Below the pieces are notes generated by a model. That model was given only the letters and a program-made list of their open reading frames with translations, was not told the origin of the DNA and searched no databases. Position numbers and translations under genes: made by a program. Of a DNA stretch of 64,000 nucleotides, positions 14,560 through 25,629 are shown in pieces. The stretch is from the human T2T-CHM13v2.0 reference genome, Homo sapiens. Location of the stretch: assembly GCF_009914755.1 (NCBI RefSeq), contig NC_060929.1. One strand, 5' to 3'. Each line of letters opens with the position of its first letter. Position 1 is the first letter of the stretch.

Positions 14560-16085
14560 ATATATAGATCAATATTCTTTCTGAATATAGACATAGAATC
14601 CTGAAAAAATTTTGCATAGTGAATCCAATAACATATAAAAATATTTTTACGTGACTAGGTGGGTTTTATCCAAAGAATGTATCTTTGATTTAATTTATGA
14701 AAACTATTAATATAACACACTATATTAACAGATCAAATTACCCAAAGCATGTGATCATCTCAATAGACACAGAAAAAGCATTTGCAAAACTTTAACACTC
14801 AGTAGTAATAACAACACTCAATAAACTAGAAATAGAAGGAAAATTCTTCAGTTTTTACGATGATACCTGTAAAAAACTCACAGCTAATATCAAAGTTAAT
14901 GATGACTGAATGCTTTATACCACAGAAGCACAAATACTTTTACAATAGAATAAAAAGAATAAAATTATTCAAAAGAAACTAAAGAAGATAAAACAGAGAA
15001 CTGCAAAATATTGTTTAAAGAAACTAAAGAAGATAAAGTACATAAATACGTCCCATATTCATGAATATCCCATGTTTATTATTAGGTGGCAATACTCAAA
15101 TAGACCTACATAGGCAATGTAGTTACTATAAAATCTCAGCTTTTTTTTTCAAGTATTGACAAGGTGATCCTAAAATTTATATGAAATGCAAAGGACACAG
15201 AACAGCCAAACAATCTTTAAGAAGAAAATCAATACTGAAGGACTCATACTTTCTAAACTTAATCCCAAACTGTAATAACCTAGACTATGTGGTACTGGCA
15301 TAAGGGTATTCATATAGAACAATGGAGTAGAACTGACATCCCAGAAATAAATCTTTACACTTATGGTCAATTTATTTCTGACGAGATTGCCAAGACAGAT
15401 TTGGGAGATAGTAGCCTTTTCAATAAGTTACTGAGACTGTTGGATAGCCATATGCAATAGATAGAGTGGACCCTTTTCTCACATAATGACTAAAAGTAAC
15501 TGAAATTGATCATTGTGCTAAATGGAAAGAAAAAATATAACAGTTTTAGAAATATCATAGGAATGCATTTTTATGGCTTTGGATTAGGCAATGTTTTCTT
15601 AAAGATGATGCCAAAAGCACTAGTAACCACAGAAATAATACATAAATTGTACTTCAAAATTTCAACATTTTGCTTCAAAGGACACCATCGAGAAATTGAA
15701 TATGCAATGTACAATGTTTGCAAATCTTATGTCTGATAAAATATATATAGTAGGATATAAAAAGAACTCTTAGAACTTAATAAAACTTTACCCAATTAAA
15801 AAATATGTAAAGGATCTTAACAGGCATTTCTCCAATGAAGATAGATGAAGGGCCAATAAACACAAGCAAATATGCTCAATGTCATTAGCCATCATGGAAA
15901 CACAAATCAAAATCACAGTGATATACAACTACATACCCACTAAAATGACTATAATGAAAATAAAAAACAGGTCTTAGTGGTGAGTGGTGAGGTTGTAGTA
16001 AATTGGTGATGGGAATGTAAAATGGCACAGATCTTATGAAAACATTTTGAGTTTTTCTTAAAATATTAGATGTGGAATTACCCTA
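14560..16085 (+). mobile_element. Old L1 (L1MB/MC-like) ORF2 and 3' region with an internal deletion
   Basis: gatcatctcaatagacacagaaaaagcatttg, tgtggtactggcataagg, caggcatttctccaatgaagat; cut off by MLT1A at 16086. Confidence 0.85.
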
Positions 16086-16342
16086 TGCTATGGTGTGAAT
16101 GTTTATATTCCTTCCAAATTCCTGTGTTGAAATGCTCATCCCCAAGGTGATGGTAATAGAGATGAAGTTTTGGGGAGGTTATTGGTTCATGGGGTGCAAC
16201 CCTCATGAAAAGGGTTAGTGCCCTTATTAAAGAGGCCCCAAAGAGACTATTGCCCCAGCATATGAGGTTAGAGTGAAAAGATGGCTGTCTATGATGAAGG
16301 AGGCCCTCACCAGATACCAAATCTGCTAGCATCTTGATCTTG
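16086..16342 (+). mobile_element. MLT1A0-like LTR, 3'-truncated
   Basis: tgctatggtgtgaatgttt...ccctcatgaaaagggttagtgcccttattaaagaggccc...ccctcaccagataccaaatctgctagcatcttgatcttg, then stops abruptly. Confidence 0.85.
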
Positions 16343-16349
16343 CCCAGGC

Positions 16350-16490
16350 AAGCTAATGCATGCTGGGCTCAATACCTAGGTGATGGGTTGATAGGTGCAG
16401 CAAACCACCATGGCCCACGTTTACCTATGTAACAAACCTGCGCATCCTGCACATGTATCCTGGAACTTAAAATTAAATTAAATTAAAAAA
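16350..16490 (+). mobile_element. Short L1PA (PA11-13-like) 3' terminus
   Basis: agctaatgcatgctgggctcaatacctaggtgatgggttgataggtgcagcaaaccaccatggc...ggaacttaaaattaaattaaattaaaaaa. Confidence 0.9.
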
Positions 16491-16668
16491 TGGTTCAAAG
16501 ATGAAAATACTGCTTCCTCAAGGAAGGCTTTTCTGATTCCCATCTGGGTCAGTATCTCTGGGTAATAGCACTCTACCCTCCTCTGTAGTGCTTGTAGGCT
16601 TTTAAATAAATCCATGTGTTTATCTGAAAAAATAAAAAGAAAAATGAAAAAGAAAAAAAAAGAAAAAA
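16491..16668 (+). other. Putative L1 3'-transduced segment with its own poly(A) signal and tail
   Basis: ~135 bp of non-L1 (L2-like) sequence, AATAAA at 16605-16610, and an A-rich tail at 16627-16668. Confidence 0.6.
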
Positions 16669-17727
16669 CATCCCATGCTCATGGGTTGGAAGAATCAATA
16701 TGATTAAAACAGCCATACTGCCCGAAGCAATCTACAGATTCAACACTATTCCCATCAAACAACCAATGTCATTTTTTACAGAATTAGAAAAAAAAAAAAA
16801 CTATTTTAAAATTTATACACCCCCCCAAAAAAAAAGCCCAAATAGGCAATGCAATCATAAGCAAACAGAACAAAGCTGGAGGCACCACATTACTTTTGCC
16901 AGTAAAAAGTAGGAAAAGGACATGAACAGACACCTCTCAAAAAACAAAAAAAGGAAAAAACATACAAGGAGGCAAAAAACATGAGAAAATGCTCAACATC
17001 ACTAATCATCTGAAAAGTGTAAAATTAAAACCACAATTAGAAGCTCTCTCACAGCAGTCAGAATGGCTACTATTAAAAAGAAAAAGAATAATAATAGATG
17101 CTGGTGAGACTGCAGAGAAAAGGGAATGCTTATAAACTGTCGATGGGAATGTAAATTAGTTCAGACACTCTGGGTAGCAGTTTGGAGATTTGCCAAAGAA
17201 CTTAGAACTATCTTTCAACTAAGCAATAATATTACTGGTACTGGCTATATACTCAAAAGAAAATAAATATGTCTTTTTATAGGACACATGCACTCATATA
17301 TTCATTGCAGCACTATTCGCAATAGCAAAGACATGGAATCAAGCTAGTTGCTCATCAACAGTGAATTCAATTAAAAACATGTGGTACATATACTCCATGG
17401 AACATTACACAGCCATAAAAAAGAATAAAATCATGTTATTTGAAGCAACATGGATGATACTGGCGACCATCATACTAAGTAAATTAATGTAGAAACAGAA
17501 AACCAAATACTGCATGTTTGCATAAGTGGGAGCTAAATTTTGGGTATTTAAAGATGTAAAGATAAGAAAAATAGGTAATGTGGAGTAATAGAGCAGACGA
17601 AGTAGGATGGAGGCAAGGGTTGAAAAAATTACTAGTGGGTACTGTGCTCACTATCTGAGTGATAGCGTACCTCATATGCCGAACTTCAGCATGACATAAT
17701 ATATTCATGTAAGAAGCCTGCAAAGGT
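16669..17727 (+). mobile_element. L1PA16/17-like ORF2 end and 3' UTR, with an internal deletion near 16893
   Basis: ORF 16700-16912 ([27 protein letters not shown]). Jumps from ggaggcaccacattac to aaaaagtaggaaaaggacatgaacagacac. 3' UTR ggcaagggttgaaaaattact. Confidence 0.85.
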
Positions 17728-19125
17728 ATATGTTATATCATATATAAATATGATAATTAAAATATATAATATATATACTCTACATATAATGTTATATGTG
17801 ATATATCTACTCTGTATGCTACATATTATTGTGTATAGTATTATTTATATATAATGTTATATTTCATATATTATACATATTCCATATATGACAAATATAT
17901 ATAATCATACATATATCACACACATATATATGTGTGTAATGCATGTGTGTAATAGATATATATCTATTATATCTATATATTGAATACATGTGAAATAATG
18001 TGTAATATGCACATACATATGTGACATATGTATGTTACATATTTTCACAAAATATATATGAAATGTAATATTATATATACTATATATAAATATATGAACT
18101 AAATATACATATTATGTGTACTATATATAAAGTATATGTACTAAATATATATAAAATATTATATAATATATAAAGTGTAATATATGAACTATATATAATT
18201 ATATTATGTAACTGTAAATAAATATAATTATTATATCATATATTATATATGCATATAAATATACACAAGTAATTATAATGGTATAATTATATAAATATAA
18301 TTATAAGTATATAAATTATGTGTGCATATATAATATATACATATAATTCATATAATTTGATATTATAAAATATTATTATATACACACATATATTTATAAT
18401 AATTACATTTTATTTATAATTATGTGTATACAATATATACACACAGAATTACAATTAAATTATACAATTATATAATTACTTAGATAATTATGTAATTAAT
18501 AATCATATAATTATATATAATATATGCACATACATAATACCTATAACTATAGTTGTATTTATATAATTTTCCAATAATTATATAATTATAAGTGTATATA
18601 TAAACATTATATGTACTATATATTATACATGTCATGTACAATGTATAAAAATATACTATATATCATATATTAGACACATATTACATATGTGTACACAGTA
18701 CACATTATTATATATTTAAGTAATAGCACATTATTATGTAAATAATTATATGTGTGTATATATAATATTCGTATTATATCTAATATACTTGTAAAATTAT
18801 ATTATTTTATTATATGTAAAATAAGAATGTATTACATTATTTACATGTAATTATTATATGTAACTATTTTACAATTACATATAATAGATACGTGTATATA
18901 TTATATACACACATATAATTTTAACTTTTGCTTTTCTTTTATGTATATACTATATATACATATATTATACACATATGTATATACTATATACATGTTATAC
19001 ACTTATGTATATGTACATTATGTGTACAAATATGTGTGTAATATATGTATTTTTCTTATACAATATGTATATACACATATATATTATAAATGTATTATGT
19101 ACTTCTCATAATTATAATATACAGA
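17728..19125. repeat. ~1.4 kb degenerate (TA)n / TATG-rich low-complexity tract
   Basis: Almost entirely alternating T/A with interspersed ca/tg, containing several perfect short palindromes. Confidence 0.95.
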
Positions 19126-19379
19126 TACCTATGTGAATGCTAGCAAAAACTATAAATTAAATCCAAAGAAAATGGAAGAAAATAAGAGTAAGCATAAGAA
19201 CTAATAAAATTAGATGATAAATGTATTTTAATCATAATAATTACATTAAATAAAATTTAGAAAATTCAGTAAAAACAGAGGAAAAATATCCAGAAACTCA
19301 AAATAGATGTCACTAAATTGGTAATTTTAATAAACTGACAATTCAAGGAATTTCCAATATGGCTGTTCGTGTGATTTCA

Positions 19380-19603
19380 TTCTTTGATGTTTCACCTTCT
19401 TTTGAAAACTTGCCTATTTAGGTTAATCCCCCCTTAGGATAATATAAGTTCTGATTAACTCACAGTCATTTTATTAATAATTTAATCACAGCATGTCCTT
19501 CCCACTACATGCACATATTCTGCGCACACTCAAGAGAAGATTATGCAGGTCAGTTATGACTGGAGGCAGAAATTTGGGGAATACCTTAGAATCTTCCCTT
19601 CCA
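19380..19603 (-). mobile_element. MLT1G/H-like MaLR LTR fragment
   Basis: Ends ggaggcagaaatttggggaataccttagaatcttcccttcca (cf. MLT1G ggggccatcttagaattctgcctacca). Confidence 0.45.
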
Positions 19604-20156
19604 GGGCGATCAAACATAGATTTTACTTAGCATAATTAGTTTTTGTAGCTATTTTGTATCTTATTTCCAGAGCATACACTAATTTTTTAGAAAATATTTC
19701 AAGTATGCTTGAACTAAAAGAAATGTGCTATTGTTTTAGTTGTATACCAATTTTGTTAAACCTTTCAGCCCAGAAGCCCCATTCACCCTCTCTTCTAGTA
19801 GTAACCACTAGAGAAATCACTCTCCTCATTTCTGACAACACAGATTATTTTTCTCAGGTGATTTGCAAGTTCTAGAATTAATCTTTTCTAATTTTATTTT
19901 TGCATCATCTTTCCTTCTTTTAAATTGTTCCAAAATTGACTCCTCAAAATATGTATTCCTGAGAACAGCAGATTGATTCTTAGAATTAGAAGTAAAGCAA
20001 TTTTATTTACCAGTCAAAATGTTACTATCTTCTCTATTACCATCCCTTACCTCAGCAAATTTGATGATAAATTCATTGTTATATACGTTATTTGTTTTTC
20101 AGTTTCCATCTACGTATCACTTAACATGATTTGCCTTAATTTTATACTTTCATATT

Positions 20157-20337
20157 TTGTCTTGGGCCACATATGTAATACATTAACACGAATGTTAGCT
20201 GATGGGCTAAAGAACAAAAATTGCAAAAAAAAAAAAAAACTCATAATTTTTTAAGAAAGTTTATGAATTTGTGTTGAACCACATTCAAAGCTGCCCTAGA
20301 CCATCTGTGGCCCGCGGCCATGGACTGGACAAGTCTG
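20157..20337 (+). mobile_element. MER30 (hAT-Charlie MITE), 5'-truncated
   Basis: ttgtcttgggccacata...agctgatgggctaaa...ctcataattttttaagaaagtttatgaatttgtgttg...tggacaag. Confidence 0.85.
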
Positions 20338-20645
20338 TGATGGTGGCCTCAGCCCATCTGCAGCCACTGCTGTGGGGATGTAAGCTGCAGCGGGGGAGGC
20401 ATGTCTGGGGCTGCACGCTCCGTGGACTGGCAGAGGCCAGTAACAAGTTATGTCAGGGGGAGACCACACTCTCAGGCACAGCTGCAGCTGTCCAGCCACA
20501 GCTCTGGACCTGGGCATCCCTGCATTCTCAGGGACCTGGAATGCCCTCCGCCACCACAAGCTCAGAAGTGCCCACTCCCTGGCCTATCCCTGCTCCCAGC
20601 ACCCACTGCTGTGTGGAGCAAAGTCAGAGCTCAGGCGATGTCACG
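20338..20645 (+). mobile_element. MER52-like LTR 5' fragment (ERV1)
   Basis: GC-rich gctgcagcgggggaggcatgtctggggctgcacgctcc...gacctgggcatccctgcattctc...ggagcaaagt. This explains the cluster of spurious ORFs here. Confidence 0.75.
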
Positions 20646-21003
20646 ACCTTATATATAACTGATTTATAAATATGAAAACTATTTTTAAATATCATTAGAT
20701 GAAAATAATATCAATATATTTAATAAAGACTAGTACAATAGAGATAATTTACTATACCAAGGATGTTCCTTCTAGAAATTTCTCTGAAACTTAAGGTCAC
20801 CACACATATCACAGAGTGGTAAAGGTTGTACAAAGGGACTATCAAAGTGTTGATATAATTAAGCACAAAAATTGTAAAAATTGTAAGAAGATTCTGAGAT
20901 AATCTTTAAAGAAAAATATGGAATCTGAATTAGCTGAGCATATAAGAAAGGGTTGCCAGTCCATAAGGCATAAAATGGAAGGCCCAGTTGCCAATATGAG
21001 TTT

Positions 21004-21015
21004 TGTGTGTGTGTG

Positions 21016-21046
<31 letters not shown>

Positions 21047-21058
21047 CTGTGTGTGTGT
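21004..21058. repeat. (TG)n microsatellite
   Basis: ~27 units with two interruptions. Confidence 0.97.
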
Positions 21059-21385
21059 CTCTAGAGGGAGGCACAAAAGACAGAAATAGTAAAAATGACT
21101 TAACTAGAATGGTTTGTTGGCTTGCATGGTTAAGAAATAAACATGATTCTGAAAAGAACTCATTCCGCTGGTTAAAGAAAATTCTTAGACGCCATACAAA
21201 GGGGTTTAATTGATCACAGAGGGCTCTATAAAATGATAGTATTTTATACAATCAATTAAAATAGGAACACAAGCTCAAAATAGAGCCAATCAAAGATACT
21301 TGGGGTAACTGGACCTTAAGATAAGGAACTGAAGCCTTCGTATCTGGGGAGAGAGTATCCTGGACATGACATAAAGATGAAAGAG

Positions 21386-21693
21386 GGCCTGGCAAGGTGG
21401 CTCACGCCTGTAATCCCAGCACTTTGGGAGGCAGAGTTGGGTGGATCACTTAAGGTCAGGGGTTCGAGACCAGCCTGACAAACACGGTGAAACCCTGTCT
21501 CTACTAAAAATACAAAATTAGCTGGGTGTGGAGGTTCATGCTTTTAATCCCAGCTACTTGGGAGGCTGAGGAGAATTGCTTGAACCCGGGAGGCGGAGTT
21601 TGCAGTAAGCCAAGAGCACACCATTCATTGCACTCCAGTCTGAGCAACAAGAGCAAAACTGCATCTCAAAAACAAAACAAAACAACAACAAAA
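21386..21693 (+). mobile_element. AluSq/Sp-like, full length
   Basis: gcaacaagagcaaaact diagnostic. TSD aaagatgaaagag (21373-21385) / aaagttgaaagag (21694-21706). Confidence 0.93.
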
Positions 21694-21799
21694 AAAGTTG
21701 AAAGAGAAAAGTTTAGGAAAAGAGGAGGTGCAAGAGCAATAGAAAACTGGCTTTTCTTTCATGACTATTAAATATGTGTGGTTGAGAGAAAAATAAAGT

Positions 21800-21990
21800 G
21801 CAAGTATTTTGAGGGTAGCTTTGAATACATAACTAGAAAAGCAAAAAGTTAGATCTCTGCTTGTCAATGTGAGAGTTGTCACCACAAAGCTGATGTTTGA
21901 AGTCACAAATGTAAATGAGCAATTTGGGAGAAGAACTATTCAATGAAAAGAATGGAGCCTTGAGCTTATTCTGTGGGCAACACTCTCAGA
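21800..21990 (-). mobile_element. L2 fragment
   Basis: gagagttgtcaccacaaagctgatgtttgaagtcacaaatgtaaatgag...gagcttattctgtgggcaacactc resembles antisense L2. Confidence 0.35.
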
Positions 21991-23659
21991 GAAAAAAGTC
22001 ACACGCTACTCAACAGAAACTTGCTTAGTGGTGAGAAAACAGTGCCACGGCAAACTGCCCCAAGAGTCTGCACTAAAGAAAATAAATGGTTTGAACACTT
22101 TTACTACTTGCCTGGCATTTGTTATTAATTGCATTGACTGAGTGAGTGACTATTTGTGCAGCTGCTATAAAGTGAACTAAATTTCAGAAATAAAAAATAT
22201 ATGACATTCATTGAGTCAAAAGTAAGGTTGATGATTAAATGAAATACATAGAAAGGCATCAGTTTTAAATTGCACTTTAACTTCTTCTGGGGTTGAAAAT
22301 ATTTTTTATACTTGCAGCAAAATCCATTCAACTATATTTATAACACAAGAGAACAGAACTAGACAGACATAATTCAAACTAGCAGAGTCTGGAAACTTTC
22401 TATAATATTTGGTAAATTCCTAGAACTTGATTAAGGACATCTATCAGAATACAGAAATGGTTAAATTTTCTTTTTGGTTGGTTTAATAAATAATATTGGT
22501 GTCTTTCTTTTTAATTTTAAAAAATTAGTCCAACTATTAAAACTATAATCATAAATAATTCAAGTTACATAATAAATATATAAACAGACTCTCTTTTTGA
22601 GATTAAATCCTGCACAGGACAAAAAAAATTAGACAAATGTGATCAATTTGTTGTTTTTGAAGGAAACATACCAGTAACCTAGCTCAATATTAATGAAAAA
22701 TTGAGTATTATTATATAATTATATAAAGATTTTGAAAAATTCTCATACGTGCAAGTGGAAATTCACCCTGCCACAATTTCAAATAGGCAAATAGAAAAAT
22801 AGTGAAGAATCATTTACATAATGGACAAATGTAAATTGATTCTAGTTGTAGAGAGAAGCTCCCTGCTGCCTTGATTATATTTTGCTTTCCTGCTGCTACA
22901 TGAGCTCACAAAAAAACTGAAAAAAAAAAAATTAGCATTGTGCCATTATGAGTTCGAAGCAAAGAAACAGCAGCGCAATGTTCCATTGATTTCTTCACCC
23001 TAAAAATCTCAGCTCATGAATTATCCTTGCTATAGTTATTTGACACATAAAATCATCTGCTTGAAAGATAAACTATGTGAAATGGCATATATGAGAATCC
23101 AGCTTTAACTGCTAACTTTAAAGAATTTAAGATAAAGGAAATTACATTTTATTGTGGTTGCTCATGATTGTTTGTTCAATGAGTTGTCACAGAATCCAAT
23201 TTCCACATTAGCCATTTTCTGTGTAAAGAATTGATTCTCTTGTTTCATTTATAGTGAAGTGATAGTTCTACAGCCTTCTTGACTTATTATGAAAAGTATT
23301 TCCTAAATCACCAGTCTTATGGCAGATAAAACTTGTCTGTTTGCACAACAGTCCTTGTTCAATTTTAATCAGTCTTAAGTGCATAACTTTGCAATGAATC
23401 AATGTGAAAAGTATATTTCTAGTGATGTTTATTTCATAACACAATTATGTTTCACACAAATAAAATGGAAAATAATTCTACTTAATAAAAGGTAAAAAAA
23501 TATAAAATAAATGCAACTGTAACATTCATAACCCAAAGAAACTCAGTGTTCTAGAATTACCCTGCCAACTAATATATAAATCAAATAAGAAATTTCATCT
23601 CCACATTCTATGAATGGAGAGCGGGTATGAGCAAATGTCTAGTGATATTCTCCACTGAT

Positions 23660-23850
23660 AACCTCTCTGATATCCTGCAGCTTTTTTTGTAAGAAGTTTG
23701 ACCTTTGTCAAGTTACTTAATCTTTTAATGACTCAAGTTCTTCAGTGAAAAACAGAGGAAATAAGTGTTCTTGCCTCATATTATCTAGTAGCAATAAAAT
23801 AATAATGTAGATAAAATATTATTACAACTACTGTTAATGGCTGTTTTTAT
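23660..23850 (+). mobile_element. MIR fragment
   Basis: tgacctttgtcaagttacttaatctt...tgactcaagttcttcagtgaaaaacagaggaaataa...cctcata. Confidence 0.55.
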
Positions 23851-24068
23851 TATTATATATATACTTTTTAGAAAAAAATTCAAGGCAGATCGATTCTTGC
23901 CCAGAAATTGTATTTCCAGCTCCATCTGAAATCACCAACGTTGAGACTTATTGTTTGCAACTGCTGACATCATACCACAAACGTGGAAAAGGTCTTTTGT
24001 ATTACTCCCCAAATTGTCAATACCAACTTCGATTACATGTAGTAAATAATTATTTAAGATTAGGGCAC

Positions 24069-25114
24069 TGTTTTAGGCAGTTTGGGCTGCTGGAACAGAA
24101 TACTATACACTGAGTGTCTTAAAAACAACACAAATTGATTTCTCACAGTGCTGTAGGCACTGGAAGTCAGAGTTCAGGGTGCCAGCCAGTTGGGTTCTGG
24201 TTATAACTAACTGGCTACAGCCTGAAACTTGTACTTTAAAACTTTATTTTACCCCTTTTCCTCTTTTCTCCCTAGAATCAAGATCAAGATGTAACCTTGA
24301 AGCTTACTGCAGAAATTCCCTTTTTTTTCCCCTTAGTCTTAGAATATAGCTTTGAGATGTACTTTATTTGAGATGTACTTAGTCTTAGAATATAGCTTTG
24401 AGATGTACTTTCATTTGAAAGGGAGATGTCCCTCCCTTTTGCACTGTATACCCCCTTACACTGTACACTTCTATCTAACTGTATGCTTATATCTAATTAT
24501 GTGGTTCCAGGGGCTAATCTTGGGACTGATCATTCAGGGAGACCAGGATGCAAAATTTCAGACATTACCTCAAGGCTTTTAGTCTACAACCCGGCCATTT
24601 TTAGGATGATACCAGCCCCTTCTGACAGCCACCGGAACAAGAAACGCAGACCTTGTACTCAGCACCACTCCCGCATCCTCCATTCCAGGTCCCCCTATTT
24701 AACCCATTTTCTCAGCCTAAAGTTGGAAGCCATTTCTAAAGGCGCAAGCCAGCCAGTTCCCGACTGCTAGCTTTAGAAAATAAAATCACGTTTCTTTCAC
24801 TGCACTTCAACTTTGTCATTGGCTCTGCAAGCGGTGAGCAGCCGAGCCTGAGCTCCGTTACATGGTGAGGGCCTCTTCTGGGTTGTGGAGAGCAGATTTC
24901 TCATTGTGTCCTTACATGGTAAAATGAGGCTGAGAGTGGTCTCTAGTCTCTTCTTATAAGGGCTTCACTAAACCCATTCATGAAGGTTCCACCCTCATGA
25001 CCTAATTGTCCCCCAAAGGCCTCATGTTTGGCATCAGCACTTTAGAATTTCGACATATGAATTTAGTTAGAGCACAAACATTTAGTTTAGGACACAAACA
25101 TGTTGTTCATTGCA
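24069..25114 (-). mobile_element. MLT1A/MSTD-like LTR split by an ERV1 LTR
   Basis: tttgggctgctggaacagaatactatacactg...gggttctggt resumes as gagggcctcttctgggttg...ccaccctcatgacctaat. TSD ggcac/ggcat. Confidence 0.8.
24202..24862 (+). mobile_element. Solo ERV1 LTR (MER73/MER87/MER66-like)
   Basis: Perfect 4-bp TSD tggt (24198-24201, 24863-24866), AATAAA near 24779, ends gcaagcggtgagcagccgagcctgagctccgttaca. Confidence 0.75.
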
Positions 25115-25629
25115 GGCATAAAGGAGTAAATGATAACCAAAAACATCTTGGCAAATGACTTCACCAGGGGCTCTCTGGCCTCCATAGAGCACAGTTCTAT
25201 ATGTACAGTAGTATAAGTCATAGTAGTAAGTATAAGTAGCATAAGTAGTGCATCATAGCCTTCAAAGTCTTTTTTCTCTCACATCTTTTTTTCTCTTCCA
25301 TGTTACCTGAAGTTTTAGGCTTCTCACAGTCTAGAAGAAAAACAAAAATCCTTTTAGAGGAAAATCAATATAATATGTATTATTCCAATTCCCACCATCT
25401 ATTGGTTTACTAAAAAACAAAACAAAGCACATTTTTATGCCTATGAAAAATTCTATAAGTCACCAAGACACTGAAATGGTTATTTTGTATGCATTTTAAT
25501 GTAAAAACTTATTTTTTATCAAATAAATTTAAAGTATTCTTTGCTTAATTCAAACTTCATTGCGTATAGAATTTTGAATAGTTGAATTTTTGTCTTTATT
25601 TACTTTATTAGAAATAATTGATTTCCTTC

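Noticed and set aside
20271-20669. GC-rich island with four overlapping ORFs (up to 132 aa)
   Set aside because: Explained by MER30 plus a MER52-like LTR fragment. It is CpG-depleted, so it is not a CpG-island promoter.
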